Origin: an uncultured Actinomycetes bacterium
Lineage (GTDB): Bacteria; Actinomycetota; Acidimicrobiia; IMCC26256; JACDBD01
Reading direction: 5' to 3'
Length of the DNA: 64,000 nucleotides
Assembly (NCBI GenBank): GCA_963836445.1
Contig: CAWIJM010000008.1
Location: 117,838-181,837 of the forward strand
Each line of letters opens with the position of its first letter. Position 1 is the first letter of the stretch. The notes under the pieces were generated by a model that was not told the DNA's origin, ran no database searches, and saw only the letters and a list, made by a program, of their open reading frames with translations. Positions 39,045 through 48,645 of the stretch are shown here, piece by piece. Position numbers and translations under genes: made by a program.

Positions 39045-40925
39045 GTGATCGCCCGACCGGAGCCCGGCACCATCCCGACCGGCCCCGGCGCCTACCTGTT
39101 CAAGGACGCCGAGGGCCGGGTCATCTACGTGGGGAAGGCCAAGGGGCTGCGCAGTCGTCTGTCGAACTACTTCGGGCCGCCGGCGTCGATGCCCGAGCGC
39201 ACCCGGCAGATGGTCGCCGTCGCCGAGAGCGTCGAGTGGATCGAGGTCAGGAACGAGGTCGAGGCCTTCTTCCTCGAGTTCAACCTCATCAAGCGCAACC
39301 GGCCCCGGTTCAACGTCCGCCTGAAGGACGACAAGTCGTACCCGTTCCTCGCCGTCACGCTCGACGAGGAATGGCCGCGGGCGATGGTGATGCGGGGCGC
39401 CAAGCGCAAGGGCGTTCGCTACTACGGGCCCTTCGCGCACGCGTACGCCATCCGGGAGACACTCGATCTGCTGCTGCGGACGTTCCCGATCCGGACGTGC
39501 ACCCAGGCGAAGTTCGACCGCCACCACCGTCTCGGACGGCCATGTCTGTACGCGCACATCGAGAAGTGCGCAGCGCCGTGCGTCGGGGCCGTGCAACGTG
39601 AGGAGTACGACCAGTTGGTTGCCGACCTGCTCGAGTTCCTCGACGGCGATCACTCGCCGGTGCTCGACCGGCTCGACAAGCAGATGCACGGTGCCGCCGA
39701 CTCGCTCGAGTACGAACGCGCCGCGCGCTTGCGCGACCAGATCACGTCGGTGCGCAAGGTCATCGAACGTCAGCAGATGGTCGGCCCCAAGGAGGAGGAC
39801 TTCGATTGCATCGGCCTCGCCGACGATCCGCTCGAGGCGTCCGTGCAGGTGTTCTTCGTGCGAAAGGGTCGGGTGGTCGGTCGCAAGGGCCTCGTGGTCG
39901 ACAAGGTCGAGGACCTGGAACCGGCCGCGCTCGTCGGTCGCATTCTCGAGCAGCTCTACGGCGACGCCCCGGCGACGGACGTGCCCCGCGAAGTGCTCGT
40001 CCCGGTGCTGCCCGACGACGCCGAGCTCTACGAGCAGTTCCTGACGACGGCACGCGGGTCACGGGTGCGCGTGCGGGTGCCCCAGCGAGGTGCGAAGCGT
40101 CAGTTGCTCGGTACGGTGACCCACAACGCCAGTGAGGCGTTCGCGCGTCACAAGCTCAAGCGAGCGAGCGATCACAACGCACGGGCGCGTGCGCTGACCG
40201 CACTCCAGGACGCGCTCGGTCTCCCCGAGGCGCCGCTCCGGATCGAGTGCTTCGACATCTCGAACCTCCAGGGGACCGAGATCGTCGGATCGATGGTCGT
40301 CATGGAGGACGGCCTCGCGAAGCGCTCCGACTACCGGCGGTTCAAGGTCCGCCGGCAGGAGGGCCAGGACGACTTCGCGGCGATGGAGGAGGTGCTCACC
40401 CGCCGGTTCCGCCGGTACCTGCAGGAGCGCGACGAAGGCGCCCGGAAGGGGAAGCGCTTCGCGTATCCGCCCAACCTCCTGCTCGTCGACGGCGGGAAGG
40501 GCCAGCTCGGCGTGGCCGTCCGTGTGCTGGAAGAGCTCGGCCTGGAGGAGATCTCGGTCGCGGCCCTGGCCAAGCGATTCGAAGAGGTGTACGTGCCGGG
40601 CCAGCCGGACCCGCTGCGGGTGCCCCGCGACTCCGAGGCCCTGTACCTCCTGCAGCAAGTGCGCGACGAGGCGCATCGCTTCGCCATCACCTACCACCGC
40701 CAGTTGCGGCAGAAGAAGATGACGAAGTCGGCGCTCGACGAAGTGCCGGGGCTGGGGCCGACGCGTCGCTCGCGGCTGCTCAAGGAGTTCGGCTCGGTCA
40801 AGAAGCTGCGGGAGCAGAGCCTCGACGAGCTCCTCGCGGTGAAGTGGCTCCCGGAGCAGGTCGCCCGATCGCTATTCGCGCGGCTGCACGGTGAACCTGC
40901 GACGATGGATGGTCGCAATGGATGA
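39045..40925 (+). CDS. uvrC: excinuclease ABC subunit C (alternative ATG start at 39006)
   Basis: GIY-YIG motif (GAYLFKDAEGRVIYVGKAKGLRSR), UVR domain (EYERAARLRDQI), and endonuclease V and HhH regions. Confidence 0.9.
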   Translation: MIARPEPGTIPTGPGAYLFKDAEGRVIYVGKAKGLRSRLSNYFGPPASMPERTRQMVAVAESVEWIEVRNEVEAFFLEFNLIKRNRPRFNVRLKDDKSYPFLAVTLDEEWPRAMVMRGAKRKGVRYYGPFAHAYAIRETLDLLLRTFPIRTCTQAKFDRHHRLGRPCLYAHIEKCAAPCVGAVQREEYDQLVADLLEFLDGDHSPVLDRLDKQMHGAADSLEYERAARLRDQITSVRKVIERQQMVGPKEEDFDCIGLADDPLEASVQVFFVRKGRVVGRKGLVVDKVEDLEPAALVGRILEQLYGDAPATDVPREVLVPVLPDDAELYEQFLTTARGSRVRVRVPQRGAKRQLLGTVTHNASEAFARHKLKRASDHNARARALTALQDALGLPEAPLRIECFDISNLQGTEIVGSMVVMEDGLAKRSDYRRFKVRRQEGQDDFAAMEEVLTRRFRRYLQERDEGARKGKRFAYPPNLLLVDGGKGQLGVAVRVLEELGLEEISVAALAKRFEEVYVPGQPDPLRVPRDSEALYLLQQVRDEAHRFAITYHRQLRQKKMTKSALDEVPGLGPTRRSRLLKEFGSVKKLREQSLDELLAVKWLPEQVARSLFARLHGEPATMDGRNG

Positions 40926-41793
40926 CCCGTCGACCCCTCTCGACGTCACGATCGTCACCGGCATGTCCGGCGCGGGTCGGTCGGCGACGGCCGACGTGCT
41001 CGAGGATCTCGGCTTCTTCGTCATCGACAACCTGCCGCCGGCGCTGATCCCGAAGGTCGCCGAGCTCGGGCGCGACCGCGAAGGCAGCCGGTTCGCACTG
41101 GTCGTCGACACGAGGGCGGGGGAGTACCTGCCCGACCTCGAGTCCGCGCTCGCGGAGTTGCGCGAGACGGGCGCCCGCACGCGCGTGCTGTTCCTCGACG
41201 CCTCCGACGAGGTGCTGGTGCGCCGGTTCGACGCGACGCGTCGCCGCCACCCCGTCGCCGACTCGAACCGGGTGAGCGAGGGAATCGCCCACGAGCGCGA
41301 GCTCCTCGAAGAGATCAAGGGGCAGGCCGACATCGTCGTCGATACGTCCGAGCTCAACGTGCACGAGCTGCGCGACCGCCTCCGCGAGATCATCGGCGAG
41401 CCCGCCGACATGCCCAGCGGCCTCCAGATCAATGTCGTGTCGTTCGGCTACAAGCACGGGCTTCCGCTCGACGTCGACCTCGTCTTCGACTGCCGCTTCC
41501 TGCCGAACCCCCACTGGATCGACTCCCTGCGTCCGCTCCCGGGCACGGACGCCAAGGTGCGGCGGTACGTGATGAAGCAGGAAGAGACCCAGAAGTTCCT
41601 CGAGGAGCTGGAGGGACTGTTCTCGCTCCTGCTGCCCGCGTACGTGCGGGAAGGCAAGTCGTACCTGTCGATCGGGGTCGGGTGCACGGGTGGGCGGCAC
41701 CGCAGCGTCGTGATCGGCGCCGAGATCGGCCGGCTGCTCGAGCGTCTGGGCTTCCGGGCCCGCGTGCACCACCGGGACCTCGACCGTGAGTAG
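40918..41793 (+). CDS. rapZ: RNase adapter / nucleotide-binding protein RapZ
   Basis: P-loop GMSGAGRS, FLPNPHW and GCTGGRHRSV. The start overlaps the uvrC stop. Confidence 0.85.
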   Translation: MDDPSTPLDVTIVTGMSGAGRSATADVLEDLGFFVIDNLPPALIPKVAELGRDREGSRFALVVDTRAGEYLPDLESALAELRETGARTRVLFLDASDEVLVRRFDATRRRHPVADSNRVSEGIAHERELLEEIKGQADIVVDTSELNVHELRDRLREIIGEPADMPSGLQINVVSFGYKHGLPLDVDLVFDCRFLPNPHWIDSLRPLPGTDAKVRRYVMKQEETQKFLEELEGLFSLLLPAYVREGKSYLSIGVGCTGGRHRSVVIGAEIGRLLERLGFRARVHHRDLDRE

Positions 41794-42688
41794 CCAGGAG
41801 CTGCCGCCGGACGGACCGGCGGTGGTCGCCCTCGGCGGGGGGCACGGACTGTCTGTGGTGTTGCGGGCGGCGCGGGAGTACGCGGGGACGATCACCGGCG
41901 TGGTCAGCGTCGCCGACGACGGCGGGTCCTCGGGCCGGCTACGACGCGACTTCGGCGTACCGGCGCCGGGCGACTTGCGCCGATGCCTGGTCGCCCTGGC
42001 CGGCAGCGACACCGTCTGGCGCGACGCCTTCGAGCATCGCTTCGGGGGAGGCGAGCTCGGCGGGCACGCGCTCGGCAACCTCGTCATCGTCGGCCTGGCG
42101 GAGACGCTCGGCGACTTCAGCGCCGCGCTCCAGGAGGCGGGTCGGCTGCTCGACGCGGTCGGACGGGTGTTCCCGGCGACGGCAGACGCCGTGGTGCTGA
42201 AGGCCGACGTCGAGGGCGAGGCGGTTGAGGGACAAGTCGCCGTGCAGAACAGCGCCGGGCGCATCCGACGGGTCGAGCTGGTACCCAGCGACGCCGGTGC
42301 CCCCGCCGAGGCGATCGCCGCGATCGCGAGCGCCGATCAGGTGGTGCTCGCGCCGGGTTCGCTCTACACCAGCCTGCTGCCGGTCCTGTGCGTCCGGGAC
42401 CTGCGCGCCGCGGTGGAAGCGGCACCGGGCCGGGTCCTCCAGGTCGCGAACCTGCGACCGCAGCAGCCCGAGACCACCGGGCTCGACGCCACCGATCACC
42501 TGCTGGCGGTAAAGGAGCACGGCACCCGGGTCGATGCCTTTCTCTACCAGCGGGATGGCGTCCTCGCCGCCGATGAAGCCGTGATCCGCGGCTGGGGGGT
42601 CGACCCCGTTCCGGCCGACGTGGCGCAGACCGACGGGCTGGTGCACGATCCGGGCAAACTGGCGGAGGCACTGCAGGCTCTGCTGTAG
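41786..42688 (+). CDS. yvcK: YvcK/CuvA-like (CofD-related) gluconeogenesis/cell-shape factor
   Basis: VVALGGGHG, VADDGGSSGRLR, GHALGNL and PGSLYTSL motifs. Confidence 0.8.
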   Translation: MSSQELPPDGPAVVALGGGHGLSVVLRAAREYAGTITGVVSVADDGGSSGRLRRDFGVPAPGDLRRCLVALAGSDTVWRDAFEHRFGGGELGGHALGNLVIVGLAETLGDFSAALQEAGRLLDAVGRVFPATADAVVLKADVEGEAVEGQVAVQNSAGRIRRVELVPSDAGAPAEAIAAIASADQVVLAPGSLYTSLLPVLCVRDLRAAVEAAPGRVLQVANLRPQQPETTGLDATDHLLAVKEHGTRVDAFLYQRDGVLAADEAVIRGWGVDPVPADVAQTDGLVHDPGKLAEALQALL

Positions 42689-42744
42689 TCCGGCGGCGCG
42701 AAGGAGCACATGGCTACCGAGACGAGACCACGGAGGCACATCTG

Positions 42745-43777
42745 ATGACCGTACGAGTAGGGATCAACGGATACGGGCGGATCGGCCGCTCCTTCCACCG
42801 CGCCCTGCTGGACCGGGGAGAGCGCGCCGGGGTCGAGCTCGTCGCCGTCAACGACCCGTTCGGTGACAGCGAGACGATGGCCTTCCTGCTCAAGCACGAC
42901 TCCGTCGGGCGCCCGCTGCGCAACGAGGTGAAGGTCAGCAACGGCGGGTTCTCGGTCGACGGCAAGGAGGTCAAGAAGCTCGACGTCCGGGACCCGGCCG
43001 AGATCCCGTGGGGAGACCACGGCATCGACGTGGTCATCGAGTCGACCGGCGTGTTCACCGGGCGCGAGGCGGCGGCGGGGCACCTCCAGGGTGGCGCCAA
43101 GCGGGTGGTCATCTCCGCCCCATCGGGTGACGCCGACCTCACCCTCTGTCTGGGCGTCAACGACGCCGCCTACGACCCGGCGCAACACACGGTGATCTCC
43201 AACGCGTCGTGCACGACGAACTGCCTGGCGCCGCTGGCCAAGGTGCTCAACGACCGGTTCGGAATCGACCAGGGCTTCATGACGACGATTCACGCGTACA
43301 CGAGCGACCAGGCCCTGCAGGACATCGCGCAGACGAGCCGCTCGGGCAAGGCCGACATGCGCCGCATGCGGGCCGCCGCGCTGTCCATCATCCCGGCGAG
43401 CACGGGCGCCGCGAAGGCGATTGGGCTGGTGCTGCCCGAGCTCGACGGCAGGCTGAGCGGTACTTCCATGCGGGTACCGGTGCCCGTGGGTTCGATCACC
43501 GACCTCACTGCGGTGCTGGGCCAGGGGACGACTGCCGACGAGGTGAACGAGGCGTTCGCCGCCGCGTCCAACGACGCTTCCTACAAGGGCGTGCTTTCGT
43601 ACACGGACGAGCCGCTGGTCTCGGCGGACATCGTCGGCGATCCGGCGTCGTGCATCTTCTCGGCGAAGGACACGATGGCGAACGGGGCGATGGTGAAGGT
43701 GCTCGGCTGGTACGACAACGAATGGGGCTTCTCGAACCGGCTCGTCGATCTCGAGCGCGTTCCTTGGCGACCGCTGA
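42745..43777 (+). CDS. gap: type I glyceraldehyde-3-phosphate dehydrogenase, one frame change near 43752 that removes the native stop
   Basis: INGYGRIGR, SNASCTTNCLAP and WYDNEWGFSNR. A +1 frame after ...LVDL gives SAFLGDR* ending at 43775-43777. The ORF-track entry 42745..44208 runs on into pgk. Confidence 0.9.
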
Positions 43778-44963
43778 GCTCGGGATCCCGCGTCTCGAGG
43801 ATCTTCCGCTCGAGCGCGGGCAACGCGTGCTCGTGCGGGTCGATCTCAACGTCCCGCTCGAGGACGGCGTCATCACCGACGACCTGCGCATCACCACCGC
43901 GCTCCCGACGCTCGAGTGGCTCCGCGAGAACGACGCCGGCGTCGTCGTCGCCGGACACCTCGGTCGTCCGAAGGGCGCACCGGAACCGCAGTATTCGATG
44001 GCGCCCGTCGCGGCGCGCCTCGGCGAGCTGCTGGGACAAGAGGTCCCCCTCGCACCGGGCGTCGTGGGCGCCGCCGTCGAGCCGTATGTCGCGAGCCTCG
44101 AAGCCTGCGACGTCGTCATGCTGGAGAACCTGCGGTTCGAGCGCGGCGAGACGACCGATGATCCCGGGTTCGCGACGAACCTGTGCGAACTCGCCGACGC
44201 CTATGTGAACGAGGCGTTCGGAGCGTCGCACCGAGCGCACGCCTCCATCGTGGGGCCGCCGCGTGTGCTCCCCAGTGCCGGGGGCCGGCTGCTGTTCCGG
44301 GAGGTCGAGACGCTCTCTCGTTTGCTCGAGGCGGGAGAGCACCCCTTCGTGGCGGTGCTCGGCGGCGCGAAGGTGAGCGACAAGCTCGGCGTCATCGACG
44401 CGCTCCTCGATCGCTGCGATGCGATCCTCATCGGCGGGGCGATGATGTTCACGTTCCTTCTCGCACAGGGCCACCCGGTCGGGGACTCGCTCGTGGAGTC
44501 CGAGATGGTCGACGAGTGCCGGCGGCTCCTCGACACCGGGCGCGTCCGCATCCCGACCGACGTCGTCGTGGCCGAGGAGATCGCTGACGGCGCCGAGGCG
44601 CGCGTGGTGCCGGCGGACGCAATGCCGCCGGACCTGAAGGGGCTCGACATCGGTCCAGAGTCCGCCGAGGCGTTCTCGGCCGAGATCGGCGACGCGGCCC
44701 TGCTCCTCTGGAACGGGCCGATGGGTGTGTTCGAGGCAGCGCCGTTTGCGGCAGGGACCCGCGCGGTCGCGGACGCGGTGGCGCGGTGTCCCGGCTTCAC
44801 GGTTGTCGGTGGCGGTGACAGCGCAGCCGCTGTGCGACGCTTCGGAGTCGGCGATCGGATCGACCATGTGAGCACCGGCGGCGGCGCGTCCCTCGAGTTC
44901 ATCGAGCGGGGCGACCTGCCCGGCCTCGAAGCGTTGCGGGAATCCGTGAAGATGGAGAGGTGA
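43764..44963 (+). CDS. pgk: phosphoglycerate kinase (TTG start inferred)
   Basis: RVLVRVDLNVPL, HLGRPKG, NEAFGASHRAH and STGGGASLEF, in the frame of ORF 43209..44963. Confidence 0.9.
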   Translation: MATAELGIPRLEDLPLERGQRVLVRVDLNVPLEDGVITDDLRITTALPTLEWLRENDAGVVVAGHLGRPKGAPEPQYSMAPVAARLGELLGQEVPLAPGVVGAAVEPYVASLEACDVVMLENLRFERGETTDDPGFATNLCELADAYVNEAFGASHRAHASIVGPPRVLPSAGGRLLFREVETLSRLLEAGEHPFVAVLGGAKVSDKLGVIDALLDRCDAILIGGAMMFTFLLAQGHPVGDSLVESEMVDECRRLLDTGRVRIPTDVVVAEEIADGAEARVVPADAMPPDLKGLDIGPESAEAFSAEIGDAALLLWNGPMGVFEAAPFAAGTRAVADAVARCPGFTVVGGGDSAAAVRRFGVGDRIDHVSTGGGASLEFIERGDLPGLEALRESVKMER

Positions 44964-45742
44964 TGGCGAGCAACGAGCGGCGGCCGATCATGGCGGGCAA
45001 CTGGAAGATGCACCACACGCACTTGGATGCGATCCAGGTCGTCCAGAAGCTGTCGTACCGGCTCGAGGACCGCGACTACAAGGAATGCGAGATCGTCGTG
45101 TGCCCGTCGTTCACAGCGCTCCGCTCGGTCCAGACCGTGCTCGAAGCCGATCGCATCCCGATCCTGCTGGGCGCGCAGAACGTCCATTGGAAGGACCAGG
45201 GCGCGTACACGGGAGAGGTGAGCCCGCCGATGCTGGCGAAGCTCAACGTGCGCTACGTCATCGTCGGGCACTCCGAGCGTCGTCAGCTGTTCGGCGAGAC
45301 GGATGAAGAGGTGAACCTGAAGCACAAGGCCGTCATCAAGCACGAGATGACGCCGATCGTGTGCGTGGGCGAAACCCTCGAAGAACGCGAAGCCGGCCGA
45401 ACCGACGAACGCGTCGACAGCCAGACACGCGCCGCGTTCGCCGGTGTGCGATCGGCCGCCGCCACGGTGTCCGTGGTCGCGTACGAGCCGATCTGGGCCA
45501 TCGGGACCGGGCGCAACGCAACTCCCGAGGATGCCAACGCCACCATCGCCGTCATCCGCGCCGCGCTGCGTGACATGTACAGCAGCGAGACCGCCGGCGG
45601 TATCCGGATTCTCTACGGCGGCAGCGTGAAGCCGGGCAACATCGCCGACCTCATGGCGATGCCCGAGGTCGACGGCGGCCTGGTCGGCGGTGCGTCCCTG
45701 GATCCCGACGAGTTCGCCCGGGTCGTGCGGTTCCGTGTCTGA
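44960..45742 (+). CDS. tpiA: triose-phosphate isomerase
   Basis: AGNWKMH, GHSERR, YEPIWAIGTG and YGGSV motifs. Confidence 0.9.
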   Translation: MMASNERRPIMAGNWKMHHTHLDAIQVVQKLSYRLEDRDYKECEIVVCPSFTALRSVQTVLEADRIPILLGAQNVHWKDQGAYTGEVSPPMLAKLNVRYVIVGHSERRQLFGETDEEVNLKHKAVIKHEMTPIVCVGETLEEREAGRTDERVDSQTRAAFAGVRSAAATVSVVAYEPIWAIGTGRNATPEDANATIAVIRAALRDMYSSETAGGIRILYGGSVKPGNIADLMAMPEVDGGLVGGASLDPDEFARVVRFRV

Positions 45743-45787
45743 TGCCTGTGTTACCGTTTTGGGCTCTACGAGAGGGAACGACCGCCC

Positions 45788-46015
45788 GTGCTGAACGCCA
45801 TTCTTCTGGTCCTCGACGTCGTCGCCTGCAGCTTGCTGATCCTCTTCGTGCTGCTCCACGCCGGTCGCGGCGGCGGTCTGTCCGACATGTTCGGCGGCCA
45901 GATGGGGGGCTCGATGGCGGGATCCACCGTCGTCGAGCGGAACCTCGACCGGATCACGGTCGTCACCGCCATCGTGTTCACGTTCTCGACCGTTCTGCTC
46001 GCGCTCCGCGTCTAG
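45788..46015 (+). CDS. secG: preprotein translocase subunit SecG
   Basis: 75 aa with two transmembrane helices and a GGGLSDMFGG loop, in the conserved position after tpiA. Confidence 0.85.
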   Translation: MLNAILLVLDVVACSLLILFVLLHAGRGGGLSDMFGGQMGGSMAGSTVVERNLDRITVVTAIVFTFSTVLLALRV

Positions 46016-46042
46016 TGCGGGCGCGCGCTCGGAGGACCAACG

Positions 46043-46195
46043 ATGGCGGGTAACCACACTTCCGTGACTGTGAGCGGTCTGTGGCTCGGCGGTTGGCTGT
46101 TCACCATCGGCTATGCGCATCCGCACTTCTGGCAGATCGTGCTCGCGCTGCTCATCTGGCCGTACTACATCGGCGATGCGGTGGCCACTGCTTGA
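46043..46195 (+). CDS. 50-aa two-helix membrane peptide (below the ORF-track size cut-off)
   Basis: ATG lies 7 nt after GGAGGA. Translation: MAGNHTSVTVSGLWLGGWLFTIGYAHPHFWQIVLALLIWPYYIGDAVATA*. Confidence 0.4.
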   Translation: MAGNHTSVTVSGLWLGGWLFTIGYAHPHFWQIVLALLIWPYYIGDAVATA

Positions 46196-46266
46196 CGCCC
46201 CTCGACGGAGGGGACTCGGGGGGCCGTGGGTAAACTGCTTGTTCGCCGCGCGAGTCGCGCGTGCAC

Positions 46267-46350
46267 GTCGGAGTGGCGGAATCGGCAGACGCGCTAGCTT
46301 GAGGGGCTAGTGCCCGCAAGGGCGTGGGGGTTCAAGTCCCCCCTCCGACA
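46267..46350 (+). tRNA. tRNA-Leu (anticodon GAG), class II with a long variable arm
   Basis: Acceptor GTCGGAG/CTCCGAC; anticodon stem CTAGC/GCTAG with loop TTGAGGG; variable arm TGCCCGCAAGGGCGT; T arm GGGGG-TTCAAGT-CCCCC; discriminator A. Confidence 0.9.
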
Positions 46351-46789
46351 CGCATTGTGGTGTCGCGAGTCATCGGAGACTGATGTCGCGGGTCATCGTG
46401 GACATCTGCTGGTTTGGGGCTGGCAGTCGCGGCTGGGGTTGATGGCGAGGCTCGGATGAGCTGGCCGGCGTCGCTGAGGACTCGGATGCTGGGTCCTGCG
46501 GTGAGGGTCGCGACGATGGCGCCTTTGTGTCGGCGTCCGAGGCCGGTACTGGTCGACGAGCTGGCCCTGTTTGTCAGGCCGGTCGTCCTCGGTGGGCGCA
46601 ACCCCGCGCTCGGCGACCTACGCGCGCCGATCTCGAGCTCATCGGCGAGCACCGGCCCAGCGGCGCCGCCTACCTCCGCTACCGCCTTCGGTAACGACGG
46701 GGGAATCGCCTCCGACACCGGCGTTCGTCCTGACGATGTGGCGGTGGCATGCGAGACTGCCCGTCGGCTGCGGTGCGGAGGTCGAGCGG

Positions 46790-47263
46790 GTGCGACGTGA
46801 GTGTGAGGCGAGGATCATCGTAAAGGCTCCGGTTGAGGCCGTCTGGAACGTGATCTCGGATGTGACCCGTGTCGGCGAGTGGAGCGGGGAGTGCCGCCAG
46901 TGCGAATGGGTGGGCAACTCCGCGGAACCCGCGCCCGGTGCGCGTTTCCGTGGGAGCAACCGTCGCGGCCTGATGCGCTGGGCACGACTGAACGAGATCG
47001 ATGTCGCCGACGCCCCCAACGAGATGGTGTGGCACACAGCGTTCCGCGCGATGCAGCGGGATTCGACCAAATGGCGCGTGTGTCTCCGTCCGACGCCCGA
47101 TGGCACGGAGGTGACCGAGTCGTTCCGGATCCTTCGGCTCTCTCGTGCGATGGAGATCTTCCTGGGCCTGATGCAGCCGGCGCATCGCGACCGGTCCAAC
47201 GACCTTGCGGACGACCTCGCGCGCTTGAAGAAGGTCATTGAGGCGCAGGTCGCCTCGCGATGA
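46790..47263 (+). CDS. SRPBCC (START/polyketide-cyclase-like) family protein (alternative ATG start at 46736)
   Basis: ARIIVKAPVEAVWNVISDVTRVGEWSGEC... is the typical SRPBCC N-terminal pattern. Confidence 0.65.
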   Translation: MRRECEARIIVKAPVEAVWNVISDVTRVGEWSGECRQCEWVGNSAEPAPGARFRGSNRRGLMRWARLNEIDVADAPNEMVWHTAFRAMQRDSTKWRVCLRPTPDGTEVTESFRILRLSRAMEIFLGLMQPAHRDRSNDLADDLARLKKVIEAQVASR

Positions 47264-47956
47264 GCACGATGATCGCCACCGTCAACGTCGATGACATTGG
47301 CCGCCGGTCCCTGATACAAGCGATACGCCACCGACCGACACCGGGCGCCGTTCCCGGCCTGCGGTGGCTCGACATCGCACCGACAGCCGCGTCTGGCCAG
47401 TCACAAACCGCCCGGCTTTCGCCGCGCCGTTCTTCTCGCGGTGTGGGACGACGAAGCATCCGCACACGCATTCGCCGACACGCATCCGCTCGCGCAACGC
47501 TTCGGGGACAACGGATTCCACGCCGTGCTGCGCCCCCTTCGCGCGTTCGGGAGCTGGCCGGGCCTGCCCGCCGAAGTTTCTCGGAACCGTGTGACGCATC
47601 ACGACGCGCCCGTCATCGTGACCACGCTCTGACGACTCCGCCTGACTCAGACGTTCCGGTTCCTTCGTGCGAGTCGCCCGGCGGAACGCGCCGCCATCAA
47701 CGCCGAGGGGTTCTTGTGGGGAACTGCCGCCACTCGCCCGCCGTTCATGGCCACGGTGTCGGCGTGGAGTAGCGACGAGGCCGCCGCCGCCTACGCGTAC
47801 GACGACTCCGATGCAGGCCACCCCCGCGCGATCACGCAACAGCGACGGAAGGACTTCCACCGAGAATCTGCATTCATTCGCTACGCAGTGATCTCGAGCA
47901 AGGGCAGCCTGCCGGGCGCGCCACCGATCGAGTTCGCGCCCGACATCGCGTCCTAA
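47260..47956 (+). pseudogene. spheroidene-monooxygenase-like (CrtA-annotated actinobacterial family) gene with a frame change near 47400 and an in-frame TGA at 47630-47632
   Basis: VWDDEASAHAFADTHPLAQRF...LRPLRAFGSWPGLP...VIVTTL*RLRLTQTFRFLRASRPAE...ATVSAWSSDEAAAAYAY...FHRESAFIRY. The sequences on both sides of the TGA are in the same frame. Confidence 0.6.
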
Positions 47957-47993
47957 GGAGCGCGCTCCGTGTGCCAGCGCGGTCGCACCCGAA

Positions 47994-48140
47994 GATGCCA
48001 CCGATTACCTGCGCGCGTGGTGCAGATCCGCGGTACGGAGCTCCCTCCCGCGTTTCGTCATCTTCGCCCGCCGCATCCGCAACCACTTCAACGGCCTCGT
48101 CGCCGCTATCGAACACGGACTTTCCAACAGCCGCCTCAGC
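47994..48140 (+). mobile_element. remnant of an ISL3-family transposase C-terminus (about 48 codons, no start)
   Basis: Frame-0 translation DATDYLRAWCRSAVRSSLPRFVIFARRIRNHFNGLVAAIEHGLSNSRLS resembles the W...S.L..F..FA.TI..H..GI.A.I..GLSNGR.EG segment of ISL3 transposases. Confidence 0.4.
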
Positions 48141-48180
48141 CTGGACCTACGCGGCGAGGGAGCCATCCAACAGCTGCTGT

Positions 48181-48216
48181 GCGTGGGGTTAGGGTGCAAG
48201 TCCCCCCGACACCGAA
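48181..48216 (+). repeat. degenerate copy of the tRNA-Leu(GAG) 3' end (att-like remnant B)
   Basis: GCGTGGGGTTAGGGTGCAAGTCCCCCCGACACCGAAC versus tRNA GCGTGGGGGTTCAAGTCCCCCCTCCGACACG. Confidence 0.55.
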
Positions 48217-48645
48217 CGTGTGTTCGCTTCCGCGGCCCTAGGTCAGTCTGAAACCTCGGGCGTTGTCGCGCCAGGGGCGCTGACGATCGGCGAGTCGAGC
48301 GCGTTATCGCGCGTCTCCGATCGGCACCTCGGGGACATGACCCGAAGTCGTTCTGACCGCGCGTTCTGGGTCGGCCGACGGTCAGCGGCGTGCAACTAGA
48401 GCCGTCGTTCCTTCGCGCTCGCAGCACCGGCTCGGATTGAACCTCCGACAGGTGCCGTCAAGCCGGCACTCAGACGTCTGATCGTCGGTGCAGCAACTCA
48501 CGATCAGTCGATGCGCCTTTGGCGCAGCTCGGGTTCAACGAGGGCGAAGACGCGGGGCTAGGGGTACGAGGATGCTGACTTAGACGTGGTGCATGAGGTT
48601 GTAGTTCTGCCCGAGGAGCACGGCGTGGCGGAGCCGGACGCCACT

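Noticed and set aside
42745-44208. An apparent GAPDH with a 140-aa C-terminal extension overlapping pgk.
   Set aside because: A +1 frame shift after ...NRLVDL gives a normal-length GAPDH ending at 43777. The extension has no homology and is the out-of-frame translation of pgk.
47630-47632. The in-frame TGA as selenocysteine or glycine recoding.
   Set aside because: No obvious SECIS-like hairpin was seen immediately downstream. TGA terminates many adjacent genes. The gene also carries a frame change and sits in decayed island DNA, so a nonsense mutation is the simpler reading.
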